DNA of 64,000 bases, taken from contig NIVC01000109.1 of assembly GCA_002269645.1 (NCBI GenBank), positions 855,670 to 919,669 of the forward strand, read 5' to 3'. Of the stretch, positions 52,830 to 64,000 are shown one piece after another. Both the position numbers and the translations under genes were made by a program. Below the pieces are notes generated by a model. It was not told the DNA's origin. It saw nothing but the letters and a program-made list of their open reading frames with translations, and ran no database searches. Within the stretch, counting starts at the first letter, position 1, and each line of letters opens with the position of its first letter. This DNA comes from Macrostomum lignano (taxonomy: Eukaryota).

Positions 52830-54010
52830 GGAGAGACAGGTAGATAGGAGAGCAGAGACAGGTAGATGGGATTGGAGAGACAGGTAGATAGGAGAGCAGA
52901 GACAGGTAGATAAGAGAGCAGAGACAGGTAGATGGGATTGGAGAGACAGGTAGATAGGAGAGCAGAGACAGGTAGATGAGATAGAAGAGACAGGTAGATG
53001 GGAGAGCAGAGACAGGTAGATGGGAGAGCAGAGACAGGTAGATGGGAGAGCAGAGACAGGTAGATGGGAGAGCAGAGACAGGTAGATGGAATTGGAGAGA
53101 CAGATAGATGAGAGAGCAGAGACAGGTAGATGGGATTGGAGAGACAGATAGATGAGAGAGCAGAGACAGGTAGATGGAATTGGAGAGACAGATAGATGAG
53201 AGAGCAGAGACAGGTAGATTGGATTGGAAAGACAGGTAGATGAGAGAGCAGAGACAGGTAGATGGGAGAGCAGAGACAGGTAGATGGGAGAGCAGAGACA
53301 GGTAGATGGGAGAGCAGAGACAGGTAGATGGGATTGGAGAGACAGATAGATGAGAGAGCAGAGACAGGTAGATGGGATTGGAGAGACAGGTAGATAGGAG
53401 AGCAGAGACAGGTAGATGAGAGAGCAGAGACAGGTAGATAGGAGAGCAGAGACAGGTAGATGGGAGAGCAGAGACAGGTAGATGAGAGAGCAGAGACGGG
53501 TAGATAGGAGAGCAGAGACAGGTAGATGGGAGAGCAGAGACAGGTAGATGGGATTGGAGAGACAGGTAGATGAGATAGAAGAGACAGGTAGATGGGATTG
53601 GAGAGACAGGTAGATGAGATAGAAGAGACAGGTAGATGAGAGAGCAGAGACAGGTAGATGGGATTGGAGAGACAGGTAGATGAGATAGAAGAGACAGGTA
53701 GATGGGATTGGAGAGACAGATAGATGGGAGAGGAGAGACAGGTAGATGGGAGAGGAGAGACAGGTAGATGGGAGAGGAGAGACAGGTAGATGGGAGAGGA
53801 GAGACAGGTAGATAGGAGAGCAGAGACAGGTAGATGGGAGAGCAGAGACAGGTAGATGGGAGAGCAGAGACAGGTAGATGGGAGAGGAGAGACAGGTAGA
53901 CGGGAGAGGAGAGACAGGTAGACGGGAGAGGAGAGACAGGTAGATGGGAGAGGAGAGACAGGTAGATGGGAGAGGAGAGACAGGTAGACGGGAGAGGAGA
54001 GACAGGTAGA
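52830..54010. repeat. ~23-bp purine-rich minisatellite (gagacaggtagatgggagagca-like)
   Basis: Tandem copies. Confidence 0.95.
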
Positions 54011-54519
54011 TAGCAGACAGATACTGTCATATTCAGAGTTGAAGATCAGCGAAAACCCAATATGAAGGGCACCCGGCACAAGCACTCGCACCTAATAGCA
54101 AGGAATGAAGATTCTTGATTCCTTGAAGGTCATTTGGCAGGTCCGCGTAATTCCTGCGTGAGAGAATCTCTTTGGATAAGAAGTACTTGTCGCGGTTTGC
54201 CTTGGAATTTCTTATTGCAGTCCAATATTCTAATGGCGATTACAGAATATAGAAGTTCTTTACCCTGACAACCTTGTTTTAGATTCTAATCTTGTGTAAA
54301 CTGTCCTCGAGTACACCAGAACGCACAACGAATTTAAACAGAATGATGTACACTCGTCTATCTGGGGCGCGGAGTGAATATGAGCAAATTTTTAGTGCGT
54401 TGTCTGAGATTTTAAACCACGCAAATTCATTCATGCACAGCGAATCCTTCTTCGATGAAAGGAAAGATGGAGCAAACAGTGAAGTTCTCTTTTATATTCT
54501 CAATATGGAGAAATACCAG

Positions 54520-55615
<1,096 letters not shown>

Positions 55616-55883
55616 CTATCTATAGCTGGATTTATTGATTGACGGCTTCAGCTCAACTAGTCATGGAACCCCAACTGTTTCAGGTCTGCAAGCCTATTTT
55701 AAGCAGTCAGATATTCACTGGATTATTATTTCAGTTAAAAATAATCTTAAAGAATAAAAAGCAACTGCATTTTTCTCGGTCTTTTCGGCTCGAGTTTTTT
55801 TGCAAATCGCTTATTTAGAATTTTAGGCTAAGGCGACTTTCTAAATTGTTGCTAATTTCATCACCCAGGGCGAGGCTGGCGCA

Positions 55884-55912
55884 ACCGGAAGTGCGACGAT
55901 GAATTATAAATA
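55884..55912 (+). promoter_or_regulatory. ETS-like ACCGGAAGTG and TATA box (55905-55912) for TNF-like 4
   Basis: Motifs read directly, ~110-135 bp before the ATG at 56021. Confidence 0.45.
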
Positions 55913-56020
55913 ACAGCCGCGAAATGGTTTCAACTGTGACATGAATATCCGTTTTGTGGTATTCTCTACTCCTAAAGAAAAATATTTCAGCTAGACAATT
56001 TGATTGATCAAACAGTCAAA

Positions 56021-57557
56021 ATGCCCAGCATTCTGCTCGACACAATCAGGACCGTTCTGGTGATGACTGCGGTCCTCAGTCTGGTGGCTGCGGCTCCGGC
56101 TACATCGAAAATGGTGACCAGCCTCTTGCCTTCTTACATAGGAAATTTGGAATTCAGGCACTTTAAGCGACATTGTCAGACAACCGGCGAGAGGCATTGC
56201 TGCCCATTCCGCCGACTCCCCTGAGCAAGCGCGCGGACACGTACGCTGTCATAAGCACAGGCTCACACTCACACAGGGCCCCTGACTTATTTATCGTTAG
56301 GCATGGGTTGGCCCCCAGGGGCGTTAATTGCACGAGCAGAGCCAAGCCAAGATTACAATTTAGCCCCAAATTAATGTGACATCAGACCACTGGGCTGCGG
56401 CCCTCGGAGATTAGGGGGATGCTTTTGCTGTGTCAGATTTCAACAAATATAATAGAAAGTCATTTTATTCGCTTCTTCCGCAGATTTCGCTCGAGCTGAA
56501 CTACGCCAGCCTGCCTTCGTGCTCGGAGACCCCGAATGGAAGTCTTTGCGAGCCGAACTGCACTCAGAGAAACAACTTCTGCCCCTTCATCATCGGCAGA
56601 GGTTAGCGACCAATTGACGTCTCTTTTGCCACTCTGATCCCTTATCAATTTTGGACTTTCAAATAATCTAGAAAGTGGACTTTTTGAAATTAAGGTACAT
56701 GCTTACTACTAGGGGGTTGAAGCCTAGTGGTCAGAGCTTCGGACTCCCGAATTGAAGGTCGGGGGTTCGATTCCCGATCCCACTGGAACGATTTGTGTCC
56801 TTGAGCAAGACACTTAACTCTGCATTGCTTCAGTTCACCCAGCTGTAAAATGGGTACCAGCATTAGCTGGGGTAATTGAGGATGTGTGTGGCGACCCCCC
56901 AGCCCTTGGACTGAACAGCCGTACGCAGCCTTCAGATGCGCCGCGCAATAGCTGCAGCTGAGCTGTCGGTTGCACATCTGGCCCAATTGGGGCAGGTGTA
57001 ATCAATAATTATTATTATCAATATTATTATTACTATTATTAGTAAGCTGCAGCATGTCATTCTCATTGTTTGAAAACTTAGAAAAATCCATTTAGCACAG
57101 ACAAACTAACAGAATCAATGATTCTTCAATTGCAGAGACAGAATGGAATCCGAGCACTCGTATTGTCGTGGGCCCCTGGGCGCCGACGCCAACCTCTGTT
57201 AAGAAATGGCCAGGCGACACATTCGAGCTGGCCGACAACAGCTCGGCGCTGAAGGTGCTGCAGTCCGGGCTCTATCACGTGACCGCCCAGCTGCTGGTGC
57301 GGCTGCCGGGCAAGTTCGCCGCCAGGACAATGGAATGCGCCCTGAGAGTCCAAGACAAGGTGGTCACCGCTGGCCGAGTGCTGAGCGCGGAGCACCCGCT
57401 CACCTGTCTGACGGTGGGCGTGCTGCGACTCACGGCAGGGGAGCAGATCCAGGTGGCCCTGCTCCGTCTGGACAGCGTCCAGTACAGCGACGACTTCCAG
57501 ATCTACGTGTACCGCAAACGACTCAACTTCTTCCAGGTGACCCGAATCGGGTCTTGA
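56021..57557 (+). CDS. TNF-superfamily-like ligand 4, probably secreted (signal peptide), 3 exons, ~210 aa
   Basis: Exons 56021-56113, 56484-56601, 57136-57557; phases 0 and 1, total 633 nt. MPSILL...VLSLVAAA/PATSK, then ISLELNY, VVGPW, LKVLQSGLYHVTAQLLV, CLTVGVLRLTAGEQIQV, NFFQVTRIGS*. Confidence 0.72.
56712..57040 (+). mobile_element. tRNA-derived SINE in intron 2 of TNF-like 4
   Basis: A-box-like tagtggtcagagc and B-box-like ggttcgattccc in a tRNA-like head, a body, and an (att)n-type tail at ~57000-57040. Confidence 0.7.
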
Positions 57558-57932
57558 CAAAAAAGCCGAATTAACAAATCACTCACGCTGGCTGCCTTGT
57601 TGCAATTCTTAGAGATTATCCAAGCATAATACGTTGCTAGATATTCCTCATGACGTTTCTACATGCAGAATAAATATTTGTTTCAAATAGCCCGCAAATT
57701 TGTTTTATTTAAATTGGCCCCAAAAATATAACAAAACTTTATGTGAGATAACGATACAGAATCTTTTACTACAGTCAAATCTCTCTGCTTCATGCATGCT
57801 ACTCGAGGATTGCCCGAGAGCACCGACGAACGCACATTGCTGAGCGTACAAGAATTGCATTGGCAAGAGGGTTGCACAAGTTGGTTATTTTTATCATTCT
57901 TATTGCTGATCTTGCACACTCACGAGTACAGA

Positions 57933-59070
57933 ATTGAATGATTCCCGCACTCGTGAACGTAAAGGAATCCCATTGTCGGATGATTCATCGTGCAGGAATG
58001 CACAAAACCGTGCAGGAATGCATTTCTGCGCCTAATGCTTTTTCAGTGAGATTTTACCATAGACATCCATTCCTGCACGCAAAAGAGTGCAAGAATGCCA
58101 TTCTTGCATGGAAAATCAGCCGACAATGATTTTGTCTATGGCAAAATCATCTTTATGTCTAATGCATCATAGGTATTTTCAGAAATAGTATTTTCAGAAA
58201 TTGAAAAGACAACAAAAAAGAAAGTGCAGGATTGATTTTTTCTTGTTTGATTCTACGTGCAGGAATGTATTTAAGCGTGCGGAAATGCTTTCGTCTATGG
58301 TAAATCTTCATTTAAAATGTTACTGCTTACAGTGCAGAATGCATTTTCATTCCTGCACGGTAATAGACTGAATTGTATTTCAATAAGAACAAACAAGTGA
58401 CAAAAAATGAGTAACAACATTAACGTATTAAAGCAATGGAATTCTCATCTTCTTTGTTGACGCCGACGTAGTCGGCTCACTTGTTAACAGCACTTCAGAC
58501 TGTGCCGCACTCCGAATGCCGACCGATGAAGTCTCAGAGCCAGTTCCGTCAAGAGCAATAGTCAACTGTCCACTCATGCCCACCATTATAGTGTCTCTTC
58601 GTTTTCGTTCACTTCGATAGAAATTTTCACATAAACGTAAGAATAATTCTATCAGATACAATGTGCAAGCTTTGCTACGTTGTGTACACACAGTGTAACG
58701 GTTTTCAGCTTACCTTGTGCCCCGTCACTTACACAGACACGTAGCGCAGGTCTATCAATGGACCAACCAAATTTTTGTCACTCAGAGTGGCCATGTTTGA
58801 TTTCAATTTTCTAAATAACAAACACTATTATCACTACGTAACTAACTCCAGCCATTCTTCTTCTTTTTTTATTCGGCGTGCAGGATTGAATGATTCCCGT
58901 GAAGGAATCCCATTGTCGAATGATTCATCGTGCAGGAATGCACAAAAACCGTGCAGGAATGCATTTCTGCGCCTAATGCTTTTTCAGTGAGATTTTACCA
59001 TAGACATCCATTCCTGCACGCAAAAGAGTGCAAGAATGCCATTCTTGCATGGAAAATCAGCCGACAATGC
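57933..59070 (+). repeat. Two ~190-bp direct repeats (57933-58128, 58885-59069), probably a dispersed transposon remnant
   Basis: Near-identical aaggaatcccattgtc...cagccgacaatg blocks ~950 bp apart. Confidence 0.8.
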
Positions 59071-60277
59071 TTTCGTCTGTGGTAAAAATCCTCGTGAATT
59101 CTGTTGAAACAGTTTTTGTCTATGGTAAATGTTTTTTTTTCATGTGGGACCCCCCCCCCCAGCAAGGGGACTGCGTCCCCTTACCCCGCTTCCCGCTGCA
59201 CCTCCCTTCCACTCTAATTGATCCAACAAGAATAATATTCCAGCACGAAAACGAGTGCGACTGTGGCAAAGGCACGAGTGTTAAGCCGATTCTGAGCGCA
59301 TTAAACGCCAATCGAGTGATTAAATGAGGGGTTCAATAGCATTGCAGCAGCATTGCATTCATGATATATATTTCTCGTGAATTAAGTGACTCTAGAAATA
59401 CGCGATCACGAGATGCAGATGCAGAGTGGAGGCGGAGGAGACCACCCATTCCGCTAGCCTCTGGTGACCAATAACGAAGTGATGTCGCTCAGGAGAACCC
59501 GGCGGTTCGCGGTCCTCCTCACCGGCGTTGGGGAAGAACTCAGCTCTCCCCTCGTCCCTGAGGTACCGGTGTTAGGCTTTGCAATCTCCGTGCGTTTGCA
59601 GTCTCCGCCCAGAGATTGCAAGACAAATGTGACTCTGCCTTGCGCTCTCCAGTCCCGGGTGAACTGTAATTGTAATTGCGCAATTTATACTTCATTCTCT
59701 CTGATGCTCATTGTATTTTAAAAGCTATTTATTAAGAATTTAGAAAGCTGCAAATGTGACTCAGGTATTTGTAGTGTCAAGTAAAGACCGACATGGCAAA
59801 GGCGACTTCGAAATGATCAGGGCTCTCTTCAAGCGAGCAAGACACTGAGTTGAAACTGTCAATAGATAATCAATAACGAAGTGTAATAAAAATGTAAAAT
59901 CAAAGCGAGATTTACTGAAACCGAGAAATAAATAATAAGTTTTAAACAGCTGGTGCTTTTAGTCCTGCCTCATTATGTAACAATCATTTCTATAAACTTC
60001 TTTCCGTTTCAAGTGCATTCGTGAAAATGGTCACCTGTTGCAGAACTCCGTTGCAGAACTATGATACAAAAATGAGTACCGTAAATAGATCAATGATGTA
60101 ATCTTTATGACACCTGAAGAGCCTCAAAACGGCAATGACTGGTGTGACGTAAAACTTCAATCGCGAATGACGTTCCCCATCACGCTAACGTTCCACTTTC
60201 AAAAGCGGTCATCTCAGCAAGTGTGCATCGGAAGACTTGCTCTATTGTCTGTGCTGTACTCAACTCTCGCTCTCGCA

Positions 60278-60358
60278 GGGAAATTCCGTGGCAACCTTAG
60301 AACGAAAAAATTACTTTGATGCTTACGTTTTTATTACCTCGTTGTAGAATTATATAAG
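60278..60358 (+). promoter_or_regulatory. kappaB-like GGGAAATTCC (60278-60287) and TATA (TATATAAG, 60351-60358) for TNF-like 5
   Basis: Motifs read directly upstream of the ATG at 60462. Confidence 0.5.
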
Positions 60359-60461
60359 AAATTCGAGGCAAGCTGTAAATTTGCTCAGACATCTCAAGTC
60401 ATCTTCTGATCTTTCGCCATCTTGCAAGAAAAACAGCAAACAGCGCCACTAAAGCTGCAGA

Positions 60462-61361
60462 ATGTCTTCTCCAAGCGAGTCGTTGATTGCAGTCGAAGCT
60501 GGCAGCACATCGGTGCCAACTGAGCCACCGACTGCAGCTCGCAGAGTCGCCAAGTCCCAGCAAAGTCTCTCGAAAATTGGCGTGATGGCGGCCTGCTTCA
60601 TCTTCTGCTCGGTGGCTGCGGTTGCTGGCCTGACCAAACTGCAGCAGCCGCCACAGCCTGCGGACTGCTCTGGCTTGAGCTGTGAGCCTGCGGTTCCAAT
60701 GGTGAGCAAAGAGCATAGTGGCATTCTCATTTTCAGGATGCCTCGCAGACTGTCCAACACTCAGCAACCCCCGGACTTTCATTGCAGGTGTCGCTTCGAA
60801 TCGCCTACGAGCGGCTGCCTCCATGTCTCCGGGGCGGCTTCAATGGAAGCCTCTGCAACCAGAAAGGCATTGTCCATAGCAGAGGTAAGCAGCACTGCCA
60901 CTCACTCAGGTATGCGGATGTTGGACTGACGGGCTCTGTTGGTTCTTGCAGATGAAGACAACGACATCACCGTGGGCCCGTGGGCGCCCGTCAGTAGAGG
61001 CGATTCTTTTGCGAGGAGCGCCTTCGCTCTGATCGATGACGACTCCGCCCTGGAGGTGCTGCTGGGAGGGCTGTACCACGTGACCTCTCAGCTGCTGGCT
61101 CAACTGCCGGCCGCCGACAACGCGCACAGAATTGTCGAGTGCGCGCTCAGAGTCAATGGCACCGCCATGTCAGTGGTGAAATCACCGAGTACGGGCGCTC
61201 CTCTCACCTGCACCACAGTCGGTGTGTTCAGGCTGGAAGCCGGCGACAGGATCTGGGTGTCGCTGAGGTACGATGAGAGCGTCAATGGGCAGAACCGGCT
61301 TTCCATCGGTGCCAGACGGCCGGCAATGAACCATTTTCAGGTGACCCGACTCGGCCGGTGA
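60462..61361 (+). CDS. TNF-superfamily-like ligand 5, type II membrane protein, 3 exons, ~248 aa
   Basis: Exons 60462-60701, 60788-60884 (an in-frame upstream acceptor at 60737 is possible), 60952-61361; total 747 nt. TM IGVMAACFIFCSVAAVAGL; VSLRIAY, TVGPW, LEVLLGGLYHVTSQLL, CTTVGVFRLEAGDRIWV, NHFQVTRLGR*. AATAAA at ~61564. Confidence 0.78.
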
Positions 61362-61729
61362 CCGCATCCCGCCTTGCCAATTAGGCTACAGAACCTACCT
61401 CACCTTTCTGATCGCAAACTTGTTTTCTTAGAACAGAAACTTCTCATTTATTCTGGCATGCAAAGTTTTTGTCTGCTGCATTTCAGACGGAGTGTTCGGA
61501 GAATTCCAGTATTCAGAGTTTCTGTTACAGAACTGCAATGCCTCATGATATTCTGCAGTTGAAAATAAAATTGACTTTAAGTACACCTTAAATTGACTTG
61601 ATTTTATTTAAGTTTCAACTTTTTTAAACGTGTTAAAATAGTAGAAAACTGACTAGCAACCAGCGCCCCCCGTTGGCGAGCCAACAAAGAATGTAATACA
61701 AATTTTTGAATAAACTACATGTAGCCTCA

Positions 61730-62075
61730 GCCTTGACATCTCAGCAATTCTCCCCGTAAGCATTGACATCTCAGAAATTCCCCCCGTAAGCCTTGGCATC
61801 TCAGCAATCCCCCCATAAGCCTTGACATCTCAGCAATTCTCCCCCCATAAGCCTTGACATCTCAGCAATTTCCCCCATAAGCCTTGACATCTCAGCAATC
61901 CCCCCATAAGCCTTGACATCTCAGAAATTCCCCCCGTAAGCCTTGGCATCTCAGCAATCCCCCCATAAGCCTTGACATCTCAGCAATTCTCCCCCATAAG
62001 CCTTGACATCTCAGCAATTCTCCCCCCATAAGCCTTGACATCTCAGCAATTTCCCCCATAAGCCTTGACATCTCA
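61730..62075. repeat. ~30-32-bp minisatellite (ccataagccttgacatctcagcaatt..ccc)
   Basis: Tandem copies. Confidence 0.9.
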
Positions 62076-63142
62076 GAAATTCTTTCTAAAACTACCTGAC
62101 ACTTCTTTTTTGACATGACGCTTCTTTCATGTCTGACATGACGCTTCTTTCATATTTGACGACGCTTTTTTATGTTTTGGCTATTCTCGATCCTGTGAGC
62201 CTTGACCTTTCAACAATTCCCACCTGTAAGCCTTGAACTCTTCGCGAATTCCCCCTAACCCTAAAGCCTGGACATTTCAGAAATTCTCCCCAAGTGTTAC
62301 AGCATTAGCGATCCCCCCAAGTCTTGACATTGTAGCAATTCCCAAATGAATCTTCTATGTTCGACATGACGCTTCTTTTATGTTTTATGTTTTCTTGACT
62401 CTTCTTTTTTGTGACTTGACGCTTCTTTTATTGAATTTATCAATAAAACAACTATTAATCATTCAGTTTATCAATATATCAACTATAGTAATCACTCAGT
62501 TTATCAATATACTCAGCAACATTGGAAAAGTCGTGAGCAATTTCTTTTGGACTTGATAAATTCTTTTGGATCTTTCGTATTCTGAAATAAAAGATACGAG
62601 AAAAAACTGAGGGGTTGCTTTAATCCGTCCAACCCTCGCACATGATCTATGTATCAAATATCAATTTATCAGTTTATTAGCATAACGGAATACCAATCCA
62701 CAAGCTATTAATAGACGATATACAATACGATAGCAACATATCAATATATTATCAGCAACTATCCGATCTTCGCGAGTTCATTTCTTTCTAAAGTAAACTA
62801 TTTTCAAGTCCATCGATGCCAGAAACCTTCGCCTTCATTCCGTCAGATGTGGCGCAATCATATTTCTAAAAGCGTTGAAAAGAACTATTAGAAATTTCGA
62901 AAACTGCCAACTGCTAAAGATAATAACGACTGTTTCTAAAAATAGAATCAGTGGCTGTCCGCAGGCTGCCGCTGTGCAGAATCTCGCCAACAGACAGCTG
63001 CTAAATTTAACCATCGGCGCACAATTGGACTCGCGAACTTGCCTCGAGCCTGGCTATTCTTCTGCAGCCTGGCCCGGCACAGACTTCCCAGTTTAGCTCG
63101 AGCTGGATTCTATTTTTGTTGCAACAAGATTTGGCACACAAT

Positions 63143-63208
63143 GGAACGTCCCCTCGGCATCCGTTGGCTGTTGAGGGAAGCAAAGCAGTTCGCCAAACTC
63201 TATAAAAG
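63143..63208 (+). promoter_or_regulatory. kappaB-like decamer (GGGACGTTCC on -, 63143-63152) and TATA (TATAAAAG, 63201-63208) for TNF-like 6
   Basis: Motifs read directly upstream of the ATG at 63311. Confidence 0.45.
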
Positions 63209-63310
63209 AGGCGACAGCTTCGACTAAAAAAAATTCAACCAAAAATTGCTTGCAAAGCAGAAGCAGACTTGCAAAGACAGCGGAATAAACATCTTCTCTT
63301 CAAAGCAACA

Positions 63311-64000
63311 ATGTCCCACCAGGCTCAATCGCTTCTTCTGGAGGCTGGACACGCTGAGCGTCAGCAGCCGTCGGAGCCGTCCGCGGTGCCCGCCGCCGGT
63401 CCTAAACCGGCCGCCGAGACGCGCCGTCATCCGCGGCTGCTGCTAGCGGCGGTCGCCGTGGCAGCCTGCGTCCTGGGCGCTCTGGCCATCGCTGGCGGAG
63501 CCACTCAGGCGGCCACAGCTGAAGCCAGCAGCAGCGGTCATGACTCGGCCAATGTGAGTCATTTTGTGAGTTATTCTTTCTCTTCGAGAAGTCCTTGGCC
63601 GCAGAGGCTCCCCCGTCCGCTTTTCAGTGGATTCTGCTCCGACTGACGCACAAGGGTCTGCCCCCGTGCTCATCAAACTACAGCGGAACTCTCTGCTGGG
63701 GAGCTGGGGAGATCAATAGCAGAGGTGAGCTTGCTGAATATTCGCAGTCAACCGAGTGCAAGCCCCAACGACATTTACCTTTCGTCTCCGATTCCAGAGG
63801 GCACCAACAATGTCTTGGTGGGGCCATGGACCTCAGACGGTGGGCCTGCAGCACCCAATTTTGTCCTGCTAAATGACAGCTCGTTCGGGCTACGGGTCCT
63901 GAGCCCCGGACTCTACCAGGCAGTGCTCCAGCTGACGGCTCAGAACCACAACGGCAGCTCTCCGGTCAATCTTGAGTGCCGAGTCAACCTCGACGGCAGA
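63311..64000 (+). CDS. TNF-superfamily-like ligand 6, type II membrane protein, 3 exons seen, truncated by the window end
   Basis: Exons 63311-63553, 63628-63724 (97 nt, same length as in TNF-like 5), 63798->64000. TM LLLAAVAVAACVLGALAIAG; WILLRLTHKGLPPCSSNYSGTLC; VLVGPW; LRVLSPGLYQAVLQL; LECRV. Confidence 0.75.

Noticed and set aside
50347-54091. VCLS/SQCV and LSSPIYLS repeat ORFs (197-462 aa)
   Set aside because: Minisatellite translations between the TNF-like genes.

Overview
Eukaryotic, GC-rich-coding genomic DNA with spliceosomal GT-AG introns, most of them filled by private mini- or microsatellites. The style resembles the flatworm Macrostomum (inference from style only). Left to right: the 5' end of a THAP/P-element transposase ORF running off the left edge, which the ORF track misses; a P-type MITE with an 8-bp TSD; a 4-exon nicalin gene; a 3-exon Mab-21/cGAS-like (cGLR-fold) gene with a degenerate catalytic triad; a divergent 4-exon innexin; large satellites; a 4-exon GT32 (DXD) glycosyltransferase. 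The right ~26 kb holds a tandem cluster of at least six divergent TNF-superfamily-like ligand genes. One is inverted with 4 exons, two are intronless, and three share a 3-exon layout; one of these appears secreted and one is cut by the window edge. All six have a TATA box and three carry kappaB-like motifs. All gene models were hand-spliced and checked for frame and phase; family calls rest on motif recognition, not database searches.
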